Origin: Macrostomum lignano
Taxonomy: Eukaryota
Direction of reading: 5' to 3'
DNA: 64,000 nucleotides
Assembly: GCA_002269645.1 (NCBI GenBank)
Contig: NIVC01003227.1
Location: 1 to 64,000 of the forward strand
Under the pieces are notes generated by a model. That model searched no databases. It saw only the letters and a list, made by a program, of their open reading frames with translations, and was not told the DNA's origin. The position numbers and the translations under genes are program-made. Within the stretch, counting starts at the first letter, position 1, and each line of letters starts with the position of its first letter. This document shows, piece by piece, positions 45,210-56,600 of the stretch.

Positions 45210-47189
45210 TTTTGCACCTGCAACAGCGGGTTGGATGCATTGGCAGTCCTTTGTAGCAAGTGCAAAACAGCTGCGAACTGCTGGTTATCAGGGGCCCAAA
45301 CGGGTCTGCACAACAATTCGACTGCCAGCTGTTTGTCTATCCTTGGCCATGGAAAGGTTCAGAAATCAGCAGTCAAACTGTTGGCAGTGAGTTAGTGGCA
45401 GACTATTGTGCCAAGTTTATCATTATTATTATTATTATTATTATAGCATTGGTTTAAGCTAAAGCCAAGTTAATACTTTTTTTAAGGAACCAAATATATT
45501 AGACCTTTATATATTTAAAAAGGAAAATTGCATTTATTTGTATATTCTTTTTTAAATGGTAATGTGTAATGAAAGACTATTTTAAAACCATTAGGAAAAA
45601 ACCACTTTGACCTGTGCAGACTGCACAGCTTTTCTTTGGTTGATATAATTTTAAGTGTTTTAATCTAGTACTAGTAAAATTAAAGGCTATTAAAATATAA
45701 TATAAGCACTTATTTTTTATATAGAGATAAAATAGCTTGTAAAATTCTTGCACAACAATAAATCATTTACAAGAAATTCTAGCAAATTTTTAAGTTTTTT
45801 AATGCATAGCATACATGGTGTCTTTTGTAAAGGCCAAAAAGGCACGGTTGCAAGATGTCTACAAATTCATCCAAAGCATACATAGCTAGCAATGGGTGTT
45901 CCCTTTAGATAGCTTGCTGGCTATGTAGACTATGCAAATCATGCCAATTTTGAATACATTTTGTCTTATCCCATTAGCTACTTTAAGACTAAGCAAATAA
46001 ACCTAACTAGTATTCTCTTACTTGTCTCATTCTAATTATGTAATTGTACTATGTTTATATTTTTTACAGAGATACTATGATTAAATAAATAGGCCTAGCT
46101 ATAAATCACTTTTTAAAAATTTGTATATGCTAAAATATATTGCTATTTTTCTATGATAGGGTTACAGTGAATTTATCAATAGTTAAAACAAGCTGAGCAA
46201 AGTCATTATCATTAAAAGTCAAAGTCTTAAAGTGGTTCCTTGATGCAATAATGTATAATTTTTGGTAACTAAAAGAGCATGAATAAAATAAATAAAAATT
46301 TTGCCAAAGACTTCAACATGATTTCATGATATACTAAATGTTATTGTACTTTTATGACTTAAAACCTGACAACTTAGGCAATTTATGCTATATAAATACT
46401 ATATTGTACATAGTTAAGTATCAAAATACAAAATATAGTCAACAGCATAATGTCAGGTAACCAAATTTGTCAACAATGCATAGTAAGATAAACAGAAAAT
46501 GTCAAATTTATTAATGAATTAGATATTGACAAATTTGGTAGAACCCCTATGATGATCTTGCTTAGTTATATTTATTATCATAAGTTGTTCTATTGTTTGT
46601 GTGCATATTGTTTTTTTATTGCTAGGCTTAAACTTTTTCATTGTATATATAGCACATTATATGTAATAGAATGTTTCCCTACAAAATATACATGATTTGC
46701 ATGCTGTTCAATGAATATTGATCAAAGAAACCTATTAGAAAAAATATTCCATAGTTTAGAAGGTGGCCTTTATACCAGAATTGTCTGGCATATTTTTGCC
46801 TTAGCTAACAAACTTGGCATATAGAATTTTCAAGCTTAACATTATGTATATATAGTTGGCATATAAAAAAGCAAAGTTAGTGTATATGTTATAGTTAAAT
46901 ATCAACCAACAAAGGCTCTTTAAAAATAATTAGAAATAAAAATGTAATTAATAATGCATTTTAGTAAGGAAAACAAAATTCAAAAAAAAGAATAATAGTT
47001 TTTAACAAAAAAACAGAAATTTTAAAGTTTTGTTTTGTATTTCTAAAGTAATATATTCTTTTAAAATTAGCAATTAGCATATAATATAAGCACGTTTATG
47101 CTTAGCATAATATCTTTTTGAATTTTATATTGGCATAGGGTTAAAATTGAAAAAACTAATTTTTATTAATATATAATCTAGACTATATA

Positions 47190-48052
47190 CAGTGCTAGGC
47201 AAGTTAATAGATTTTTTTAATTCGTTAAAAGTTAAAAAGTTAATTCAATTGCTCCAAAAAAATTAACTGTAACTAGTTAAATATTTAACTTTTGCCAAAA
47301 ATTTAACTTCTGAAAAGTTAAAAGTTAAAGTAAATTCCTACTTCCCTAACGGAAAAAGTGACATTTTCCTGGACATGCATCCGGCACATTTTTAAAATTT
47401 CAGGTCGGCGCAGTGCGGCACAGCGTGCGGTGGAGCGCAGGAGGTCATGCGGCGGCGTAGGAAGTTGCATGGCAGCGCGGGAGGTCGCGCAGCGGCGCAG
47501 AAGTCGCGTAGCAGCGCGGGAAGTCGTTCGGTGGCACGACATGGCACAGTATGGTGCAATGCAACAAGGAAATATCTATGCAGCGCAATGCGGAGCAGCG
47601 CAGCAGGGAAAGGCAGAGTCATTACATGTATACAACAATAGATTATAGTAGTCCTTTGGGTAGAATATCAATAGACAATAGTTGAAGATTCCAGAATCTT
47701 CCGGAATATTCAATACATTATAACTTGTAACTGAAAAATTATACATGTAATAGTTTGGGACGCGTTAAATAATGCTTAGAAAGGCGAAGTTATTTTATGT
47801 ATGTATTAATTTTACTTTTTAATGGCATACAAGCTGTTGAAACCCGTGGATTTTGAACCCGGGGATTGGGGAACTCCATTTCCAAGAATTATTAACTTTT
47901 GTCATTTAACTTTAACTTACAGAAAAAATTTAATGATTTTTGTTAACTAGTTAATATATAAAAAATGTAACGAAATTTAATGATTTAAAAAAAAATTAAC
48001 TAGTTAATTAACTAGTTAAACAATTAGCCTAACTAGTTAACGCCCAGCATTG
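47190..48052. mobile_element. Non-autonomous hAT-type DNA transposon (MITE), 863 bp
   Basis: Perfect 8-bp TSD ACTATATA (47182-47189, 48053-48060); TIRs CAGTGCTAGGC / GCCCAGCATTG; subterminal AGTTAA/AACTAGTTAA repeats; no transposase ORF. Confidence 0.85.
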
Positions 48053-48791
48053 ACTATATAATAATATATAAACAGACTAGCCATTTATGGCTTACTGCCC
48101 TTGGCCTACCAATATAATATCTCTATATAGTTCTATATTCTAGTCATAAGACATGAGCATGAGTAAAAGATGGATATGCCCATATATGCCACAGGCCATA
48201 CTCTGGAAGATGCTATTTTGTGGGGAAAATTCTTGCATGCAACAAGGACCCAGGTAGTCTAATACTGTGTGCACAGTATGCATCAAGGAGTTGGAAAAGT
48301 TTTTTGGCATGTTTTATGCAATAGCACCATGTTTAAATATTTTTGGCAGTCCACCACTTTTAGAGCTACTATAGTGTATCTCATAGGAATTTTTTAGGCT
48401 TTTAAACACATTTTGATACTTTTTAAAATGAATATTCAATTATTGGTATGATAATACCAATAAAATACACAATGTTTTTATTACTAGAAGGTAATATATT
48501 ATTATTTAGATCACTATACTATAAGAATTTCTATAAGTGTTGTTTATCTACTGTCTCTCATTAAAAATTGAATTTTTCATCAGACATTGTTTCATAGAAT
48601 CAGACTTGTTGGCTCTGTAGCTGCTTTCTGCAGTCCAACCCCTACTCCCAACCTCCCAGTCTATGGCATTGGTGCACACTTGGTGAATTTGATCTAAACC
48701 CTCCCACATGTAGCGGGCAAAGCAAAAAAAAGATTCTCGTGGGCACAGTGCATACTCGGGACTATGGGCCACAGGCACAGTAATATTGATA

Positions 48792-50796
48792 GGGACTCCA
48801 GTGAGGTTACCGTAAAGCTGATAATTACACGAAAAATCGTAAAATAATGTTTTTTTAAAATGAAATTGCCAAGCATAGAAAATGTTTACAGTAAAAACAA
48901 AATATACATGTTAAAGAAGAGTTTCTATTCTTTTTAATGAGATAAAGAAACAAAAAATATATACATTGTATGCCGAGTAATGTTCCACTGAACTTCGTCT
49001 TTTTTTTTTAATACACTCGTTTTGTTGCCAAAAAAAGTGACTTTCGAAAGTTCGTTTTCTTGTTGCAAAGCAATTATTTTAACAAAATATAACTATTTAT
49101 TGATACAAACAACTATATTTACAAACATTTTTTGACATTTTGAGAAGAATTTTTCTTTATTTTCTCCCTATTTAGACAGTATAAAAAAATTAAAGTTGAA
49201 TAAAAATCGTACCCGTATTTCCAAAGCTTAGTAAAACCTGGAAATGAATACTACTCCGTAATATGATTACATTAAAAAAACCGCACATGTCAATCTACAT
49301 CCGCCAAAAAGTTATTGAAGCCTGTTTTATGCCTATCTCTTCAGTGTAAAATAGACGGATAAAACAGAAAATTTAAATTTTTTTCTAGCAGTAATTTCCG
49401 AAGACTATTCTTCTACTGCATTTAATAGAGGAACTTATAGGAATTCTTCACAGCACTTTTATATCTTTCCACATACATCCGCTGAGGAGCAGCAGCAATG
49501 TTAGCTTTTTAGTAGCGATACTACTTACATACTACTTATATAAAAAGTGGCTTATTATGGCTTTTCTTAACCAAAAAGAAGATGTTTTACCATTGCAAAT
49601 TAGTTTTGAAGGCAAAATAATACAAATAAATGTATGCTTTAGCTTATTGAGCTATAGCAATTGCAATCCCAATAAGTGACCCCTTGAATGCACGTAACCT
49701 TGGTCTGCAATTCAAACTCCCATAAAAATGAACTGAATTTCATAAGAAATTGTGTTTATTCCATTTGTAAGTTTAATAAGCAACTTCATAATATACAATT
49801 TTAAGTACAATTTATTTTTAAATACTTCTTTACACTTGTTTACAGATATAAATGTTCATTGGTAACTTTATTCACAATATACAATTTTACAATAAGGATA
49901 GGCTCAATCAAAAAATATACAAGACAATTGTATCAACAATTATTTACCTATATGTTTTACAGTTAAAAAGCAAAGCAGACAATATACATTATGTGTGTAA
50001 AGACAATAAGCATTAAATATATGCTAACTTCAGTCTTCAGTTGCAGCTACTCAACAAGCAATAATATTGGAAAAAAAAACAAGAGCTTTTAAATAAATTA
50101 AAGTACACAAAAAAAACATTTTCATATGTTTTTCATTAAAAAAACAAATCAAACTTTATATATATTCATTAGTCTAAAAAATATAATCATTCAAAGTTGA
50201 AAAATGTGCAATTTTAAGATATGCTGTCAAGTTCCAGTAGCAAAAGTCACAAAATTGGTGAATTTTTTAACCTTTGTCAATATATAGGAAAAAATGGTAT
50301 AAAAATATATATACTTTTATATGTTGTGGAGTAAACAAATAAAAAAGATTTCAGAAAAAGCAATTAACTTTTAAATAATAGTCATTTGAAATTTTAATTT
50401 TGCTCTATTTTTGATGTGCATTTTTCACTTTTGAAAAATTCAAATGCAAACCACAAGAAAGATACATTAGAAAGAATAAAAACAATTTGTTAATCTTATG
50501 TAGAACTGCTTGGTCTTTAAAATGATACCAGACTCAATATTGTATGTTGAATAGCAAAAAAGATATGACAATAAAAAGTGAAAAATTTTGTTTTTGTACA
50601 TCTAATGGCAACAATCTATAATGTATTTTTCCTATCTAAAAAACGTAATTTTTTGGGGACAAAAAATGCTATAACTTTTTTATTACTCAACCAAATTTAA
50701 TAAGTGAAGCCATTTTGTGATGCTGTTATTGTCCTCTATCAGATACATATCTGAAAATATATAAATTTTAAAGTTTCAAAATCTCACTGGAGTCCC
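48792..50796. mobile_element. Non-autonomous DNA transposon, 2005 bp, GGG...CCC ends, 11-bp TSD (Mutator-like, family unassigned)
   Basis: 14-bp TIR GGGACTCCAGTGAG / CTCACTGGAGTCCC; flanking direct repeat TAATATTGATA (48781-48791, 50797-50807), or 9 bp if the TIR is extended; AT-rich interior with no ORF. Confidence 0.8.
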
Positions 50797-53682
50797 TAAT
50801 ATTGATACAAAAGTTAAAGGCAGCATTTAAGCCTATGGCTATGGGTAGGAATTCTATATAGCTGGCTGGTAATAATCACAAAACAAACCTATGCAGGCTA
50901 TGCCCCTAGCCTATGCCTACTGTGGCTAGGACCTATATTAAATTAAAAAGGTAAATAGTTGTATAGGCGAGGCCTAAACTATAGATAGGCCTATTGCATT
51001 GCATGTAGAATAGCTATAGCATAGACTAGAATAGAACTGAACTGAATTATTTCAACTGATCAGCGATATCATCAATGATCAAAAAAGATTATTTAAAAAA
51101 ATATTTTTATAGTCTATGAATTACTAGTATTAGGAAACAGCGCATGCTGATGAGAAAAGCATGCCTAGGGCCTAGGCCCTAAGCCTAAGCCAAGAAGCAC
51201 ATGTTAACTGTTCATAATACGAAACTTACTAAAACAAATGATTTTAAAGGTTAAAAGCAAACATATATTTGTCTAAAATGAAATATTTCATTCTTATTGC
51301 AGCCACGATGCGCTAAGAAAATTGTTTAACGTGAAAACTCGAAACTCTTTGCAAGATATAGTGTAGAGTTGTTGTTGTAATGAAGTGCACCGTTGCGTCA
51401 ATCTAAAAACAGAAAAACAAAATGGCTGACATTGTACAAAACCTCGTTAACAACGAAACTTAAAGCTGGTACATTTGCAAGAATGTTAGAAAAGATGATA
51501 GAATCTATTAAACGTAAGCCCCACACAAAATTTCAGAGCCTATTTATAATAAAATTATATTAAGTTTAAAATATGACTAAGAAACACTATTATCCTCAGA
51601 CGTGTACATGGTATCGATCGAGTTTGGGTGAGAAGACTACATGTGATTTTTAGCTTTCAGCCGTTGCTTTGAAAAAATATAGGTAGAGATAGATAGATAA
51701 TAGATTCGGGCCACCAGTTTTTTCGGTGTTTTGCACAATCATCATTGTCACTTTAATGATAATTCAGGTTAATTCAGCCACACAGTTTTGGACTCTTTAT
51801 GAAAAAACGCAATGCGAACAATTTACTGCGAACTTTAGCTTTTTCCCTCTGGGAGTCTAACAATCGCATCTAAATTATCTGAAGGGTTGTAATTGTCATT
51901 ATTTGCACATTTAAATAATAACGAAGCTGTTTTTTAATTTTTTGAACTTACGTCGGCGCCCACTTAGAGTAAAATACGCTGTATTTTAACCGAACAACGT
52001 ATTTATTGATTAAAATGATTGACCAATGCAGTGTCAAAAAGTTCGGGGTTAGGTCGGGGTCGGCTCGGGTTTTGGTACCCCGAACCCCGAAATAATTGCT
52101 GTCCCGAACACCCCTAATCCGCGTGAATCCGCGCAGCTAAACCATAAGTTATGCGGTATAGATGAATATACGAGTATTGAACAGCCTATCCAGTGTGTGG
52201 AGCCAAAACCGCTCTGCTGATACATAAACATAAAAAGCGAGAGATTAATAGCCAGTTAGCAGAAGAAGGGTTTGGAACAATAAAAAACGAGCATTAATAG
52301 GAACACCTACATGTACATATAGTAAGTTAGATAGGAACCTCAAGCGACTGACAGAGGTATTTACGAGCGTAGATGATCGATGCTTGAAGCGGCCACAGCA
52401 GCTATCAATATTTTTGGAGCTGTCTTGTTGGACCGCGCGGTGATCAAGGGTTTTGTGGCGACAGCGCTAAGGCTCGGGAGCTCCCCATCTCCCAGCTCCC
52501 ATATACATCATCATGGATTTGTTGCAGTCTGTGCTCCTAACGGCATAAAATGCCTAAAGCAGGTCTACCTGTTTCACATCAGGTCTCGCGGCCATTTCCA
52601 CGCAAACAATCTATCTAGCTAAAATCCACAGCTGAAAAACATAGAATCTTGTCGATCATTAACTTATCGGTCATTTTGGCCATTGTCGGTGAGTTAGCTC
52701 CACTTACTGCAACTCGTCGCTCACTTTCTGGACGGCTACAATTATAAAGTAATAAATCGATGCGAACTGCTTAATTAATACTCTTACATTTTTGCTCAAA
52801 TTTTAGTAACGGACTCTGGGAGCGGTAAACGTTTCAATCGATTCGTCATCGGCGGCTCCGTTGAGCTGAGTGACTCTGTGAGCAAACCAATAGTTGCAAA
52901 CCAATCCATATTATAGGTACAACTGTCCTTGATACGTACGAGTACGATGGTCCTTTTCGTTTGCTGTACTCTATTTTATGTAATGTACATGTACATGTAT
53001 CTGCAGGTCGATTAACATCTTTCAACTCTTCTGTGCGCTATGCTGCAGTTAGAAAATCAATTGCATAATACATTTATGTTTCTAATTCTAAAAGGGAGAA
53101 AGTAGAAGTCAATTGTTGCTTGTGTATGATGTCGATTTTAGTCTACATGTAGATCTACCCGAATCCCGTGTGGAGGAGTAGCAATCCTTGATTCGAAAAT
53201 TAATTGGCAACAACGACCGGCATGAAGCAAAATGAATGCGAAGGCTCAAAGTATGACGTGCTGCAGAATGCACCATTTTGATCACTATAAGCTGGGAACT
53301 TCAGCTGCTACCCGGCAGTAGCAGCCGATCTGTTAATGTCGGCTGCGGTGGCCGATGCTTTATTTTTTTCCTTTTTGATAAAATTTCTTGCGCACACAAG
53401 GGCCAGTTCGGGGTCACTCATACAAACAAAGCGAAACGTGCCAATTTGCAAGTGCTGCAATGAGCACTGCATTGAGCACGTTTTGAAACTTAAAAGCTTC
53501 TGTAAAATAAGGCAATAGCAAAATTATATTGATCAAGTGTTTTGCCAGGCGGAAGCTGGATTCAGTTTATATAAGTGGGGCAGGCTCGAGAAAACAGGTC
53601 GAAAAAAATTAAACAATTTTTAAGTGGCGAGGAAATCGTAAAATACAGGAACATACAGCATCCCAGTGAGGACGCGGAGGTC

Positions 53683-56600
53683 TCACATTTTCCCCTTTCT
53701 GCGCCGCTCGTCCAACGACTTCATGATGTGCTTCATCTGCACGTCCGTGAAGCTGAAGATGCCGATCATGGCCATCAGGTGCTGATGGTTCTGCTCGCGG
53801 TCCTTCTCTGTCAGGTAGTGGAACATGGAGTCTCGCAAGAACCTATGAAAAAAGTTCCTGCTTATTTGAAAGCTGATGAAATGGCGATGCGGCTTTTAAA
53901 ATCAAATTTCTACCAGAATCCTTTCCTACATGTAGCTCCAGGGGGAGTAAGCACCATTGGCACCATGCAGTACCATGGACGTCGGGTGCGCTAGTGTCAG
54001 GGGCGCCAGTACCGTACACGATCGCTAGTGTCAGGGGCACCAGTACCGTACACACCGCTAGTGTCAGGGGCACCAGTACCGTACACCATCGCTAGTGTCA
54101 GGGGCACCAGTACCGTACACACCGCTAGTGTCAGGGGCACCAGTACCGTACACCATCGCTAGTGTCAGGGGCGCCTGCCGTAGGGGTGTAATGCTACCAC
54201 ATGCAACTATAGCAACCAAATTGGGGGGGGGGGGCTCTCCCACACGGTTATACTCTACACATGCACAGGCTCTAATCAGCAGATCCCTGCGTGGAATCGA
54301 ATCGATGCAGGGTCCTTGGCGCGAGAGTAAGACGCGTTACTGATTTGCTATTCGGCACCCCAGAATTCCCAAGAAGCCCTAATCATCTGGCAGCCGTTGA
54401 AGCGTCCCGAAGCAGTGTGCGGAAATCCGAGATCTGGAAGAGCTCACCGCAGTTTAGCTTCGGCCTCAGTTGAGGCTTTGTCGCTGTCTTCGTAGACCTC
54501 CTTCAGCTTGATGGACTGCCACTTCTGGAGGTCATGCTGCGTGATCTCCAGCTTCTCCAGAAGTTCCTCCATCGCCACTTTGTCCGGCTCTAGGACAGCT
54601 AGCTTCTCGATCTGGAAGCGACATAGGGAAGTTACCTTACGAGGTAGTTTGCACTTTGTCGCAAACCAAGCCAGTGTGAGGAGGGGGGCGATGCCCCATT
54701 ACGCTGACCTCTGAGCAGAGAATACGCACGTACGTACACAGGCATGCACACATTCTGTGCCTTGGGGAGGGGGGTTGGAACAAGGGCTCAAATTTAGGTG
54801 GGTGCGCACTGAGTTGCACCTGTGAGGTACTTAGGTGCAAGAGTTAGACACGTTAACAGCAGAGCAGCTACTCTACCGCTCGATACGGGCGTTATTACCT
54901 TTGTTTCATTTCTTTGATTCAAGCATGACAAAAGCATAATAACAAGAACGCGTAGAAAATTTACCTCGTCCTGCCGCTCGAACCTGGCAGAGTCGCGGCC
55001 CTTCCTGTACATCTCCAGGTAGAGGTCTTGGTGGCGGCGCTCCCTCTCCGCGCACTCGACCTTGAGCTTCTCGAGGGTCTCGGCCAGACTCTTCTCTCGG
55101 ACGCAAATCTCGCTGTGCTGCGCTCGCAGGGAGGAGAAGTCGCTGTCCAGCTGGTTGATTTGCACCTGCAGGCCGGCGATTCTCTCCTCCCGGTCTTTCA
55201 CCGCGTCCTCGATGCTCTTGCTCTTCTCGTGGTAGAACACGTCCAGCTCAAGCTCGCGCTGCTCGATGACAAAGTACGCCTCGTCTAGCTGTCGCTGGAG
55301 CTCCTTAACCTCGAGGTCCTTGCGCTGCAGCGGCGTCATGTACTGCGACTCGTCCTGCAGGCCCAGCTGCTTCACGGCGTCCTCGTGCAGTTTCTCGAGC
55401 CGCTTCCGGCTGGCCAGGGTCTGCTTGACGGAGATGGACCTGATGGCGCTGCGGTCTGTTGGGAACAGCGGGGAGCAGCATTCAACAATTGAGCTGAGAG
55501 CTTCTGAGCTTGCCAGTGCCACAGGCAGAATGTGAGAAGCTCTCAACAGCGTCGAACTGTTGAAGGCGTCGTATTGTTATTTTGATCAGCAAAATTCAGT
55601 TCTGACTTTTAGAGACAAATTAGCCAAAAAAGTGTTCGTGCGAAAAGCAGGAGAAAAACGAGTCAGAAAAATTAAACGCCAAGGATTTTGTGCCAGGCTG
55701 TGCGGACCAATCCAGTGATGAAGTGCGAGTTTGTTGGAACGAGAATGTGGAACAAAATTTTGCTGCCGCCAAACCCAAGAGCTCAAATTGTTTTTCGTAC
55801 TTTCTTGCCTCATTGGTTACCTTTCACACTTGTACTGCTATTGTCCAAGGATACTTTAATCCACGACTTTGTGCAGTTGTAGATTGGAGATTTGGCAATA
55901 ACAGCCTCCTCTGTAAAATCACAGTTAGTGGAAACTGTGTACTATCTTTGAGCTACCTGTAGTTTATATTAATTTTCAGAGCTGCTACGCTGCTAGACTT
56001 ACGAACTATTTCCACTTCGTTTTCTGCGTCTGGAATTAATAAATTAATAAACAGGTGACGCATGCATCCCGGCAACCCTAAACTGCTGAAACAGATGGTG
56101 CACTGTTGAAAGCAACTCACCGTGCTGTTGGGCGGTGGATTTCTCCGCTTCTCCAGCCTTGTGCCTGGAGACTCGGCCGCCTGCGCTGCTTGAAGCCTGT
56201 CTAGTCTTGAGTGGGAGATGCTGTCCATTCTCATCGCTGTCTCGATGCTTCATCTCGTCGTTGTCGATAGTGGCGTAGGTGACAACTTGGTCCACCGTGG
56301 GAGAATTGAAGTGAACCTTCTTGCTGCCCCTCCTGCTTGTCTGGCCAGTGCCCTGGCTCTGCTTAGTGTCGCTTGCGGCTCCCTTCTCCAGGTGTTCCTC
56401 CCGCTTCTCCGGGGCTGCCCGGCTGAGTGGCTTGAAATCGATTTTAACCGGGCTGTAACCCGACTCGATTAAGTGACTGATCGGCTTCTTGGCCGCTGAG
56501 CCGGAGCGAATGTACGTTGAGTACTCCTCAACTGTGCGGCGGGGGCAGGAGGCGCTGCGCTTCACTGGCAGACGAGATTTCATTCTCGACCGGCTTCCCT

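Noticed and set aside
52029-52115. hAT-like end CAGTGTCAAAAAGTTCGGGG with an imperfect hairpin
   Set aside because: No matching second TIR or TSD was found; at most it is a fragment.
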